In this document: positions 11,811-25,034 of the stretch, piece by piece | Layout of the letters: every line of letters begins with the position of its first letter | Position numbering within the stretch: the first letter of the stretch is position 1 | From: Marsupella aquatica | Taxonomy: Eukaryota; Plantae; Marchantiophyta | Direction: 5' to 3' | DNA length: 64,000 nt | Assembly: GCA_973895155.1 (NCBI GenBank) | Contig: OZ316894.1 | Location: 12,440,828-12,504,827, forward strand | Translations under genes and position numbers: made by a program | The notes under the pieces: generated by a model | What the model was told of the DNA's origin: nothing | What the model saw: the letters and a program-made list of their open reading frames with translations, nothing else | Database searches by the model: none

Positions 11811-13491
11811 GTTAGTGTGTTGCAAGATTGTTGTTGGGAGCATGTTTTGCTAGCGGCCATGAAGTCATTGTAGCCATGTTGTCCCGCATGTTGTTATTGC
11901 CAAAGTGATGGGGGTGAGCACAAAAACAGGCTATAGCGACGGGGGGCAGGCGCGGTTGCAGGGTACGTGGATGAAGATTTTTTTCTCACCCTGGTGGCCT
12001 CCTGTCCCGTCCTTTCCCGTACTGTCCCTTCCCTCTCCTTTCTCTCCTCCCTCTCGTGCTCACCCTCCCTCGTGTTATCATTGCAAAAAGTGTGTCACTC
12101 ATTGAGAAAATGTTGCCACTATAGAAATCCATGCAATCAAACATTTCAGAAGTCAACAAACAAATAGGGGATGGAAGACACAAAAGGGTAGAGAGTCAGA
12201 GTTAAAGAAAGGGTTAGGCAAGCCCTAAGGTGAGAGCTAGGGCTGGACTAATATAGACATATGGCAAGTAGAGTGTTGGCAACAAAGAAACCATGCAAGC
12301 CCCCTAATGGCTTCTCCTTCCCATTGGTCCGATAATCTTCTCCCCCTAGTTTGGGGAGTCCAATGGTCACCAAAAAGGTCACATAAATTAGATGACCTTT
12401 ATTTTATCACATCCTTAATTTCTCCCTTAACCTTTTTTTTCTTTGTCTTTTTTCTGCCTCCTTGATTTTTCCTTTCCTTCCCCACCCCCGCATGACTTGG
12501 AGAGGGCTTGCGGTGCTGGACAGGCCCGTGGAGTAGTTGGGTGCCAAGAGTTGAGGAGTCAGGGTGGGCAGAAGGAGAGCGGAAGGGCGGAAGAAAGGCG
12601 GAACATATGTAGGGTGGGGTCAAATGGCCATGGAGTGAGTTATGGGCAGTTGGGTTTTGGCCTTAGATCTGGCTAGTGTGGAGAGGGCAGCAAATGGAAG
12701 GCAAGAGGGGGGGGGGGAGGACATGAAAGAAATTCAAAAGCAAAATTTAATAGGATAATTAATCACTTGAGAGGAGGATCCAATATCCTGATGAGAGATT
12801 GGCAAGTCTCAAGAGGGCCCAGGTAAATAATGGCCTTGCACCCTCATACATGCCACCATCAACCCAAGAGTACTCATACCTTCTCACACACCTTAACTGA
12901 CTTTACTATTTTAAAAACCGTTGCCCCTATCTTCCCCCAAGGAAAAAGAACCGCATCACACAACAACCCACAAAAATCACATAATGGTCTCTTCAATAGT
13001 AAATATATAAGAACAAACTCCCAAAAGGTATCTCCCAATCTCCCCCAACAAATTAAAATGGAAAGAAATAAAAACCTTCTAAAAAAGACAGAAAACTATC
13101 AATAAATGAAAAACTATTTCTAGGTCTTCGTTCCCTCTCCTTGGGATTCTCCCAATAATGATTGAGTGGAGGTTGTAACTTGTATCTCTTTATACATTTA
13201 CTCATGTCCATTAAATTGTATGTAGACATCATAATTCGTATCTATACACATTTTATAGGTTGCCTCAACTTTAGATAATCTGACAATTCTCAAAAGTGAC
13301 AGAATAAATCTAAAGGTGGACATGAGTTCCCACCAAAAGCTAGTTTGTAAAGGGACGATGAACTCTTTTGGCGGGATTGTATATTATAGATGTAGATGGG
13401 CTGCTGTTCTGGACTGAACCCTGCTTGCTGTATGCTTATAATAGCTTCCCATTTGTCTGTTTATTGCCATTTTTTTATCAGAGAGTTTACT

Positions 13492-13611
13492 ACCCTCTGC
13501 CCAGACTATCATTATCCTATATTTTAGGTCCCGATCCTTACCAAAAACCCAACCTCTGGATTAACTAAACCCATAGGGTTGTATAGGATAATGATAGTCT
13601 GAGCACAGGGT
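13492..13611. mobile_element. Small foldback/MITE-like element
   Basis: 30-nt inverted arms ACCCTCTGCCCAGACTATCATTATCCTATA / TATAGGATAATGATAGTCTGAGCACAGGGT (28/30 complementary). Confidence 0.65.
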
Positions 13612-14339
13612 TAGTAGGCCATAATTTTGTGACTAGAAAGTGAGAAATCTAGCCAGCTTTTCTGAGCATTCTGGGAGTAGGTTCAGACTAGAACCCCAGC
13701 CCAAATGGTTGTTAGGGTATGTAAATGTGTTGGGAAAAGTTAACAATCACAAATACACTTCCTCAGTTCAATTGGGCACAGACTATTCTTAGAGGGCACC
13801 AACGCATATAGGGAGGAGCAACTTTTGATGAAATTGCTGGTACGTTGACTGCCCAAGTTGCTAACGGTTACATTTTGCGGGAACCGCAGATTTTAGGTCT
13901 GTGACCATCCTGCACCATTTGGATCATGGGAAACCTCAGGGATTGAGCTGGATTGAGCTGGTTTGAGATGCCCTAGTAATTGTAGATTTGTAAGTCCAGA
14001 GTTTAGGGTCACCCTCCACAGGGCTCTCTCTGTACAGAAGCAATTGCAACAAGAAGGAGACCCAATCATAGGGAGGATTCCACCAACTGTGAGTTCAGGA
14101 GACAATCCAGCTCTGCCCAGTGAGAACTTCATTTACCAGTTGTTATGGAGTTCTCCACTTCTCTAGTCTCTAGTCTCTAGATATATATAATATCAAAATA
14201 TCCAATCCGTGAAGATAAGGTTTGGTAGACCTTGGGACAAGTCCACCAAAGGAGGTGGTCAGAACATGACTTTTAAACGCTAAGTTTTTAATGGCCTTTC
14301 AAATTGGAGTATACTATTGGCCTCAATCGACCAGGAATA

Positions 14340-14650
14340 ATCAGTGAATGTATATCACACTACGAAAGACCAAAAGCTCTAAATCAGTGGTATAAATATA
14401 CCAAGAACGAAAAGCTCCAAACCTGTGAATGTATATCATATTGCAAAAGAAAGAAATTTCGAAAAGAAGCTCACAGGTCTAAAGAACTAAAAGCTCCAAA
14501 ACCTGTGACTACAAACCACACTCCAAAGAACAAAAAGCTCCAGACATGAATATATCTCACACTCCAAAAGAACAGAAAGTTCCAAGCTTGGAGACAACAT
14601 CCCAAAGGCTCGAGAATCTTTGGAGAACAAAAAGTTCCAATCCAAGGCTG
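14340..14650. repeat. Degenerate tandem repeats (AAAAGCTCCAAACCTGTGAATGTATATCA-like)
   Basis: GAACAAAAAGCTCCA and TGAATGTATATCAC motifs recur across the stretch. Confidence 0.6.
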
Positions 14651-15033
14651 CAACGAGAGTGACTAAAGTGATCAGTCCAAGTGAAAATGTCAACCTGGCA
14701 AAGACCCATCCAGTTTGTGGAGTTCAATTCAGTGACCAAGCCATGCGCACAGCACTGTAGTAGACTCATTCTGTCAAATTATATGAGAAGAAACAAGTGT
14801 GTCCGACGTGGGTCAGCTGCTCACCTGGTCACTCAAGCGTACTTCATACTCCATCGGTTCTTCGGCTCACATTTCAGCATTCTTCTTGGGGGCTGAGTGA
14901 TTTTGAAGTGATTGCACCGCACCGCATTCAGCGCGCAGTGGAAGATCTTGCTCGGGAAACGAGAGCAGTAAGCTGCAGGAAAATTGTACAGAACTGAATT
15001 GTGCTCCGTGGTGTTCATTGAGGTTGATTGACG

Positions 15034-18000
15034 ATGGGAGGAGGAGGAGGAGGAGTTGGGATTTCCGTGATGACGGGGGATGGCACAGGAAAGCAAACAG
15101 AAGAAGAAAAGGAGGATAGTTTCTGGAAGGTGCCGCTGCCGCCAGAATGTATGCATTTTGTGGACTCACCGGATTCGGATGCTTTTTCTCGTCTCCTTAC
15201 CGCCTTAGATAGAGCTACCATAATTGCAATGGATGCAGAATGGAAGCCTCTTCGCCATGGCAGTGGTAGGGCTGGTGCTGGACAAGTTCCTCGCGTGTCA
15301 ATTCTCCAAATTGCTTGCCGTCTGCAACGTCAAGGGAAGGGAGTTAAAGACAGCGCTGAGTCACCGTCCTTAGGCCCTACCCTAAAATCTCTTCGGGAGC
15401 CGAAAACAAAAACTTCGAAAATTGTTAAGCAGGACCAGGAGCAGCCAGAAGGTCAGCTTGTCCGCCTGAGTAATTCCCTAGGAGCTGAAGAGGGAGCACA
15501 ACCTAGAGATGATGAAGCTAGAGGTGAGGAAAGAGACAAGAGGAGTGAGAAAGGCATCCAATGTGGGCTTACTGCACTGGAACGACATATAGCGACCGGG
15601 ACCGAGACGATGAGTTATACTGAGATGATATTCCTGTTAGACTTACTGGCAATACCTGCTGCAGCATTCAGTAAGGTGCTGAAGAAAGCCTTCGTGGACC
15701 CGGCGGTGCTTAAGCTCGGATTCGGCTTTAAACAAGATCTATTGCACCTGCGCGGGACCTTTCCTGGCCCTGATGCACATAGCTGTTTTGACAAGGTAAT
15801 CCGTTTCAAAATTGGCTGTCTACAAGCGTTTTGTTTGACAGCAGTGATCAGTTTTCTGGGATGGTGTGACACTTCCGTAAAATGAGCGAGGGATTCGCAT
15901 AAATTGTAGCTCGGTAAAGAGAATTGATTTGAGTGCTAGCAATCTTGAGATGTTTTGTCCGAACACCGATTTGTTCCTACTTCGCCGACAGAGCCCGAAT
16001 CCCAGCACATTATGTGGAGCTTGCACAAATAATTTGGGTAGTAACAATACGGTACGACTCGAAGGAATTTTTGGCTTTGGGGGGAAAGGGGCGCGGGCAC
16101 AGTCGGGATTTTCAGGTCTTGCAGCCCAATCCTATGATGGTTTAAACTAGCTAGTAACTCATACAGCTTTACCTGTGGTGGCCAGAGGCAGTTGAGGTGA
16201 GGGTTCTCTGTTAGATTGAGCTTTCTAGGGTTTAGAATTGTGATGAGTTGGGGCAAATTGGTGCAAAGAATAAGTAATCTCCAGCAGTATGCGATCTAGA
16301 AGTTCGAGAACCTCCTGATCCTGAAAACTTTTGCTCGTGGACGTGACATTGTTTGAGTTCTTGTGAGAAGAAGCAAGAAATGATTGAAAATAGACTGCCT
16401 ACCAGAATAAAATCTGTATGAGTTTACACCTATCCATTTTGCTCACATAACAGCCGTAAGATGATAAGATTGCTAATCTGGACACGAAGTTTTCCGCTGA
16501 TGGTCCAATTTTTAGGCAAATGACAAGTTTGGTCCTGCGCTTGCCAGGTCGAGCCATACCTGGATGTGGGAAAATTGTATCGACATTTGCACACAAATAA
16601 GTCAACATACATGTCTCGGGGGAGGAGAATTATGATTGGTGGAGAATATAGTTTAACAACCATATCCGAAAAAATTCTAGGGCTTCCTCTGAGTAAGGTA
16701 CAACTCAAAAAATGTACTGAATTTCAGAACTTCCGTTGTGAAAATTGAACGAGTTTCCTGACTTCAGCGAATTCCAGTTTTCACATTTCTCTGCCTTCCC
16801 AGCCCCACGGCAGAGAGCTGAACAGAGGACGCGTATTGCAGGATATGCAATGCAGTAACTGGGAGCAGAGACCCTTGACAAGCAAACAATTTGATTATGC
16901 AGTTGCTGATGCGTACTGTCTTCTGATGATATTTGATGCGCTCCAATTGGAGGCTTCGGAGTCTTGGTTTACACCAAATGTGGCCGGTTGGTCTTTAATC
17001 AATCCTTCCGATTCAATTTATGTATTCTGTAATCCCAAGGTTTTGTGCAACAGGACGCTGCGTATGTGTGAAGAGTTGAATACTTACTCTAACTCCGAGC
17101 CGTAGCTATTATCCTGGCTCTTTTGTAGCCTATATATGTCCTTCGGCATTGACAATGACCGTATGATGTTGGCAACTCTCTAAGTCCAGTTTGTGGATGT
17201 CCTTAGGTGATGATAATGCCGATGTTCTTCGGAACAGATGTAAAGTGGGGGTTGCGGGACTTCTTGCTCCGGAAGGTGCAGCTGTGATTGGCATTGCTGA
17301 CAGTTATGCTTCGGATGGCATTTGTCAACCTAAGAGAGGAGATGCAACCTCAATGGTCAAAGCTGCCCTAGGAGAAGCTGGTTTTTGTGGACTAAGAAGA
17401 GATCTCGCAGACCTGCCCCGCTTCAAAACAAGTGTGACTGTCGGCAAGACACTTAGCATTAAGGCACTTGTGCACAGATTTGGAGAGAAATTGCTCATCA
17501 CCGAAGGGCAAGCTATGACAAACAATCGGTCGAGAAGAAAGACGCGGAGTCGCCGTGCTCGAGAGGATGGAAAGAGTCGAGAGTTGCAGGAACAGGAAGA
17601 TTTTCAGTATGTGGGACCTCCTCCTTGGGATGATGCAGTTGGTGGCGATGGGATTCCAAAGTTTCTTTGTGATGCCATGGTGAGTGAAGCAAGGCGTGAT
17701 CAAATATTGCCACAGGACAGAAACAAATTTAGCTATCTATCCGACCAATTGAAAAATGTAATGAAAAGCAGCTGACTTACGTCACGCGGTCAAGCAGGTG
17801 GAGGGTTTGGCCCGGCAGCTCCGTTGTGTCGGTATTGATGCTGCTTCACCTAATTCAAGAAAGTGCGAGCCCAGGTTGGACTGTTGCCGTCCTCATACTG
17901 TGATACCAAGGAAATGTAGAAGTGGACATGAAACACTGGAGTTTGTATTCATTCGGACTCCGGCAGCTATGTTGAAAATGGAATGAGATGGTTCTGAATT

Positions 18001-19051
18001 TTTCTTCGATGATTGCTATCTTGCCTGAGCACTGTAGCGAAGTCTGGAGGCAACCTGGCTCCTCTCCTATCGGATTTCAGTGAGAAGAATGGTGCCAGAA
18101 AGACTTTTAACTGGCCAAAGTTTGTTAATGCACGCAGAGAACTAGTAGATTTGGCAGAGAAAGAAGGGCGTATCATTTTGACTAGCGATGTGAAGCTTCT
18201 GCGACGAAAGGTTGTTCCGACAGAGCTGGCATATAGAGTGAAGAAACAAGGAAAATGGGATCAGTTAGCTGAGGTGATAGTCGCCTGCAACTCTGAACTC
18301 ATACAAACCTGAAAAAGTACAATGACTGCAAAATGCCAACGAAAGAGTTGGTTAAACGTCACGCAGGATGAGGACTGCTCTTCTTCGCAAGGCCATGGAT
18401 AAAAGAATAACGGTGCAGGCCTGTCAGTTCGGCCAGGAAGTTTCTTTTGAAAGCCTTACGGGTGTAATTTTTTTCTGTTGTGTTATTATTGTTCAGATAA
18501 TTGAGACTTTCAAATTGACAATAAGTAAGGATCAGCTCCTGACACGATGCACCAAGTGCAATGGGCGTTTCATACCAACGGCACTGACTGCAAAGGAGGC
18601 TGCCGCACAAGGTCCATGGAGTCAAGTCATTCCAGATTGTGTGCTGAAAGACGTGGATGAATTCTGGCAATGCGCTAGTTGTCACCACCTTTACTGGCAG
18701 GTACGTCCAACATGAACATTTAAACATTCACGACATGATCTTCATTTTATGCAACTCCTTGGCATTGCTTACAAAGCTTGTTGTTGTCGATTGCTTCAGT
18801 GTAACTACGGTCACTGCAATACAGTGCATCACAGCAGCAAAGAGATGTGAGTTTTTGAATAAGAAGCATTCTCAACAATGAGAGGGCCAAAGGATCGAGA
18901 GGCTTTGTTACTTTCATACTTCGTAGAAAGTCGTACATAATGGAATCTTAATGAAGATCACAACTAAAGTGAAATGTCATTGTTGGTGCAGGGCTCCATA
19001 TTCTCGCGCGCATTTGAACAATTTGTGGCGGTTTGCCACACAGGAAATTAA
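15034..19051 (+). CDS. Mut-7/EXD3-like DEDDy 3'-5' exonuclease with C-terminal Mut7-C (PIN-like plus zinc ribbon) domain, about 8 exons
   Basis: Exonuclease motifs: ExoI IIAMDAEWKP, ExoII KLGFGFKQDL, SLTTISEKILGLPLSK, MQCSNWEQRPLT, ExoIII YAVADAYCL. Mut7-C motifs: KFLCDAMVEGLARQLRCVGIDA, EGRIILTSD, RCTKCNG...CASCHHLYWQGS. Exons ~15034-15795, ~16548-16697, ~16842-16986, ~17207-17679, 17798-17873, ~18137-18273, ~18498-18700, 18992-19051. Confidence 0.92.
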
Positions 19052-19351
19052 TAGACCAGGATGGAAGTGACAATTGAGGAACGGTGGCCTAGGCGTTGAC
19101 GATTGAATTGCTGTACATATTCTTCATTCATTGCAGTCCTTTCTAGCCCCACTCACCCTTTTGACAAAGCTCTGTGTCCAGAAAGGGGAAAACCCCTTCA
19201 GGCCCCTGTCCTGGTTAAGGGACCTCACAATTTTGTTCTACTGGTAGAAATCTAGATGACATCTGTACAGTTGAATGACTTGAGAAGAAAAAGGAAACGT
19301 TGGAACATTGTCGAGAAGATCGCAGGATTGTACGCTCGAGTGTCGTATTTC

Positions 19352-19417
19352 AGCCTCTGTGGACAGGAGTGGTCTTAGATCTCAGATTTGTGAAGGTTCG
19401 ATTCCTTACATGAGCCA
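19352..19417 (+). other. tRNA-derived remnant or SINE head candidate
   Basis: Perfect B-box GGTTCGATTCC (19395-19405) inside an AAGG/CCTT stem. Upstream GAGTGGTCTTAG resembles a tRNA-Leu D-loop. There is no proper anticodon arm. Confidence 0.3.
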
Positions 19418-20599
19418 GGAAATTAAAGGAAGAACAATCATGGGAGAAATATTATTCACGAGTACGCTTCTGCACGACCAATCTGACCAATCCTAGTACA
19501 ATAATGATGATGCACTCCAGATCGGACCTCACGAGAATTGTGTCTATAGATTCATTAAAGCTGAACATGACCAGAGTCGTCACACGCCGGTCGGGCCCAA
19601 ACTCACGCACAGGCTATCTCAATTCACGGACCTATCTAGATGACTGTTCGGATCCTCGAGACCAGTCAGTTTGACAGATCAGAAAGACACGCCATGCGTA
19701 ATCAAGACTTGTCGGTTTGACAAAGACATCGCTGTGCAGACGATGTCGATTGTTGTGTCTGTATGATGGTGACTGCCTTGAGCGGATGTCGACTTGATAA
19801 AAGCTCTCTTTAAAAAGCACCCTTGACATTGATTCCAGTCGGTAGCCAGTCGGTGGCACAAAGCGCACTGTAGGTCTATGTACCATTATGCCACATACTT
19901 ATCTATACTTGTTAGCGAGTGTTACATTGCTATTCTTCTGTATGAAACCAGTCAAAAGAACCCCACATACGCGAGAAAAGACTAAATTGCATCAAAAACT
20001 GGATTTCTTAGCCTCAGCAGTGAAGGACCTGATCTGAACCACGCATCGACAGCAAGACGAGAGGGTCATTGGATTGCTTGTTTAAGGGGAGAGGGCGACA
20101 CAGAAGAGTCGCTGGGATCGAATCGCAGCTGACCTCTTCTCACGACAGTAGAGTCCTTGGGAGGAAGCCGTCTGGTACTGCCTGCGGACTTGAAAGAGAC
20201 ATGCGATGGGAAACTCGTCCCTTGCCAATAGATGGATTTCCATCCTGAGCAAGGATATGACGATCAGAAGAAATTACCAGCAGCGGACGTCAAAGAAAGG
20301 GAGCTGGATTGGGAGATTTGTCACATGGAGAATCCAATAATTTCCGTGAGTGACAACGATGCGACGCTGACGCCCACGCCAGACACAGTCCATGTGGCCA
20401 ATCATATTCTTGAAAACAAGCAATTTACGTTCATTGGAGATCAATTAGGGCTCAGGAAATGCTGGTTGCGAGAGAACGAGTAAAGTTGGGGCATACTGGC
20501 AAGCGGTGCGTTGCAAGTTGGGATGGATCCTTTATTCGAGGACGTTTATGTTCTAGTTCTATGCAACAATATGATTAGAAAGTTTAATATGTTCTACCA

Positions 20600-20990
20600 T
20601 CCAACAGACCATACCATTTACGTATGGATATGATTATGAATGTTGTTTCATACTTTCCTACATGTTTTCATCCAAATGCCAACAGATCAATTCCGTATGG
20701 ACATGATTATGAAGGTTGTTTCATGCTTTCCGACAGTGTCATTCAAAGGACAACAGATCATTCCGCATGAATATGATTATGTACGGTTTGTATTTTCTTT
20801 TTCCTGACATCAAAACGAAAACAGATCACTTCCGTTGAGAGTAGGGAGTACTGGACTCCTAGATGTGAAGGAACTCGAGACTCGGGAGTTGTACTGTTTT
20901 GTGGAAGTACAATCCCCTAACCTAAGCTTGACTCCTAGATGTGCAAGAACTCGAAACTCGGGAGCTGTACTGTTTTGTGGAAGTACAAAA
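20600..20990. repeat. Two adjacent tandem arrays (~70-77 nt x ~3.5, and 76 nt x 2)
   Basis: CAACAGATCA-TTCCGTATGGA-ATGATTATG occurs at ~20602, 20680, 20751 and 20820. GACTCCTAGATGTG...GTGGAAGTACAA occurs at 20854 and 20930. Confidence 0.85.
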
Positions 20991-23776
20991 GAGCCCTATA
21001 AGCTTGAACTTCAAATCTTCAAGCCCGACAACGCGCTCCATAAAACCTCAGTGAAGGACAGTAGTCAGCAGGTACTGTGGAGTGTGGACGTTAAAATTGC
21101 CGAATACGTCAGACATCGGGCTGTCAATGCATTCGTCGGTGCCGGCGGGCGGGCACTGTCGCATGTACGGGAGGCCCGCCTGTATAATTTCCTCCTCCTA
21201 CCGACTACCGTAGTCTGTAAATGTCATACCGGGCTCCCGGTCCCACATGAGCTCAATTAATGCAGGAAAAATGACCGTTGTCGACTTGCCGTCCATTGGA
21301 CAGTGCGCAATGCGCGGGACTTGCACACTCATGATCCGGACACTTTCTTTCCTTTCGCCGCACCAAGAATCACAAGCTGATAGGACGCATTTACTTTGTG
21401 TCACTCACTTGACGCAAATCATCTGTAGTTGTTGCATGCTCCAAAAGATGATCTGATCGGTGGATCGTCTTTCGATTTCAAGGCAAAGAACCAATCACCT
21501 GCTGAATCGATGCGCCTGGAACATCGCATAACAGGCAGTGGAGGAACACTCGATAAATATCTGCATCATCATTTGATCCAAAAATATAGATTACTACAGT
21601 CCGTAATATTTAACACCAAGTTTTCACAGAATGACTTAATTAATTAATCCTAAAGTTCACAAATTCGACGATACCGTCGTGGAAATTGAGTATGGTACCG
21701 TAGTACAGAATCTGGAGCCGTTGCGTACAAGATTCCAATTGCATTTCAAATCTCTCTGAAAAGATCGACTTAATTTTCAAATCGGCGAATTCTTAAGCAG
21801 TGCATACGTGACAAGCTTTAGTATCCATCCATGCGTTTGAGAATCTCGCTGCAATTCGCCGTTTGCGATGCAAAATGTCTACGCTCTTCTGTCTACGTTT
21901 CTATCGTCCACATCATCCTGGCCGTCTCTTTTCCTTATGAGACGGCACTTTGATTCCAACTTCCTCTAGCATGAGGCTGATAGACACCTTTCATCAATCG
22001 TTCCTAGCTACAGGAAGATGCGTATGCAAATGTTTCAATGGCAGTGTTATCCTCGAGGCACATGCGCGCTAGTAAAACGCCTATTTCGAGTTTTCCTAGT
22101 CCAAAATTTCATTCATTGAATTTCTTGACTGGCGAAAATTTGGCACATCATGATTGTCTATCTAAAGGAGCTGTAGTACTCTCTAAGTAACCGCGGTTGC
22201 TTTTGGTCGACTTCTGTAAGCTCTATGGTTCCCATTTCTGTTCCTCTAAGAAATCTGTATGTGAATTTACTCGCTAGTTAGCTGCCGCCTATTATTGTTA
22301 TCTACACTCCAGTCATCCGAATTGACCCATTCTTCTTGTCTCGACGTCCCACCAACGAACTGTTCACCAGACCCAAAGATGCCTATCGTTATATGTCCAT
22401 CCAAACAATTTCCTTGGTAGGATTCCCAGAACACCTCGGTATCGATAGTGCTCACTGACCATCGCTGTCAGCTCGACTACGTTTCAGAATCACAACAAGT
22501 ATGCGCAAACCCGATTCCTAGAAGATCGTGCTGTATTAAAGAACTTATGAAACTAAACCGCGGCCACGAATTGCAGGCCGTTCTTTTAATGAAGGGCATG
22601 AGCTGGGCAATCAATATAATTTTAGAATCAATTTGCACAACGTAGCGGTGTCCACAATTGTAACTACAGCCGAGAATCGCGAGTAAACTGTCACCTCAAT
22701 ATATCATTTCCTGAGCTGCACAGCATCGAGACGTGCGACGCAAAACAACGTCGAACATTTCAGCTGATCGAGCGAAGGTTCACTCCCTTTATTAGTCGGA
22801 GCGGCCACTCTCGCTCTTGAGTGTACACAGTCCACCATGATCGTGTTGAATTGCCGTTCTACGACTACACGACCAAGCAGGTAGTAGATACGGTAAACTT
22901 CATCACTCTTCTCCTCATAATTTGATTTTGCTGTAAACTTTATCATTCTTCTCCTCATAATTTGATTTTGCTCCTAGTAATTGCAGATCAAACTGTGGAA
23001 ACAATAGCCGGGGTGGACCAAGACATTGTACTTGCCTATCCCCATGGACTAGCGTGAAGCAATCTTGCTTTTAAACCGACAACAAAAAGGAACCAGTGCA
23101 GCTGATGAGTAATGGTGTGACTTCTTCAAAGTTGAAGGCAGTCAAGTCATCAAGTTATCTAACGTAATTGAAACCTTACAAAGGTGAGGTAAGGAGACGG
23201 TTTACAGTTCACATTTCAGTTAAAATTATAAACAATGTTATCTGAGTCAGTTTATTGCTCTGAGCAAGTACATCCCAGCTTTGCCAGTCTATCTGGGTTT
23301 CATAGACCAAGTGAAAGTCCGTCCCGGCTTTAGTTTCTCAAAATGTGACAATGTTCATTCTTGGGGATGCAAACTTGACTACTTTGCCATTGATTGTTTG
23401 ATTACATTTCTAACTCAACTGAGGATGCTATTTAGCTATCACATACTAAGAAGTGTTGCAGGTAGCTTTTTTGCCTTGACATTTCTCCGCTTTCCACATT
23501 GAACAAAGCATCATTCATAGTTCCTGTAGTTTGTAGTGACCCTGGGCTCCATTTAGTCTCTCACACTTGTTTTCTCCAAAGTTTGTACTCATCGCATGAC
23601 AGAGGTTGGAGCTACTTGTGACCTCCAGGCTCCAGCCTTCCTCCCGTTTGCCCATTCTTTGAACCAGTGGACATTCAAGTCAGGACATGCAAGCCAACTG
23701 CCCATTTTCATAGACTCATCCTGGCCCAATGTCCTTGTTTCTACTCCACCCCCAATTTCACCCCCAACTTCAGTTA

Positions 23777-24000
23777 CTAGCCCCAATTACCCGTTCTTTG
23801 AACATGAGTAGAGACGAGGACAATAAAATGTAACAAATTGTCTTCCCTAATTCATTCTTTAAATATTAATGATAATCATTCATGTCATATATAATATACC
23901 ATCATGTCTATGCACATTTTCTTTACATGCACATATATTTTGGTGGGGCCCTAGAGTCATGCTCTAGGAACTTCACTCTAGAAGCCTATACCCTGACTCT
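23777..24000 (-). mobile_element. Helitron-like 3' end, copy 1 of a local family
   Basis: The minus strand reads a GTTC-AAA-GAAC hairpin, then GGGTAATTGGGG-CTAG-T. About 200 nt of similarity to the 24839 copy. Confidence 0.6.
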
Positions 24001-24838
24001 AGCTTCCCCTTCAAGATATTCAATTTGCAATCCTAGTTATTTGAAATACAGGTGAGAACATTCAAGTCTATTGTGCTATTGTAAGAGTCTCACACTAGCC
24101 CAATCTCCATTCTTACTTGCACCCCAACTTCCCAAGTCCCAATTAACCTTGTTCTTTGGGATAGAGGTGAGAACATTCAAGGCTGATGCACCATTTTCAC
24201 TTTTTGATATGCGTTTAAGCTCAAATTTTGTCAGCACATTCTTTGATATCCTATCTATTTACTTGACCAAGTTTGAGAATTTTCTTAGACCATTTGCTCC
24301 ATTTCAGATGAGCACTAAGATAGTCAGATAATATAAACCAAAAAAATTGTGGTAGTATTGTCATTAGAACATCTTTAGTGGCAAAGTAATTAAAAAATGA
24401 ATTACCATGTACCCTCAAACATATGTCCATCAAAACTGTATGGACATCCAAAAAGTAAGTCATTGCACCATCCTCTAGTGTGGGCCAACAGAGGCCTGTT
24501 TTTCTGTGTCCATTTTTCTTGGAAAAATTCTCCCAACATTTGCCCACATTTGATCAAGCTTAACGATCGGCTTTGGCAGGCAGCTTCAAATATCCCCGCA
24601 TCCATTCCCTAGTTGTAGGGTCTGTATCCCACTCTGTATGACTGTGGTGATTGGGGCCCATGTAGTTGTTAGGCATATACACTTAGGTTTAGAGTTACAT
24701 TGTAATCACAGTTAGTCAAGCCATAATTAAGTGCTTGGTTACTACTTGTGTATTTGGTGTATGTTATGTATTGTTTTATGAGTAATGGTTGTTGCGTTGG
24801 GTTGTATATGTGTATGTTGAATGGGTTGTATATGTGTA

Positions 24839-25034
24839 CTAGCCCGACTACCCATTCTTTGAATGTGAATATATAGTGGGGAGGACAATAAAATTGTCAT
24901 TAAATATATTCTTTATTCACATTTTTTGAAGGTTAATGAAATGACCAAAAAACTATCATGCATGTCATCATTTTAATAATCATACTCACCATACTCTTCT
25001 CTATGCACATATGTTATGGTGGGTGTGGAACTCA
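24839..25034 (-). mobile_element. Helitron-like 3' end, copy 2
   Basis: ACTAGCCCGACTACCCATTCTTTGAA...GAGGACAATAAAAT...CATGTCAT...ATGCACAT parallels 23776-23945. Confidence 0.6.

Noticed and set aside
21160-21250. Possible miR160-like hairpin
   Set aside because: Pairing is patchy and the sequence does not match miR160.
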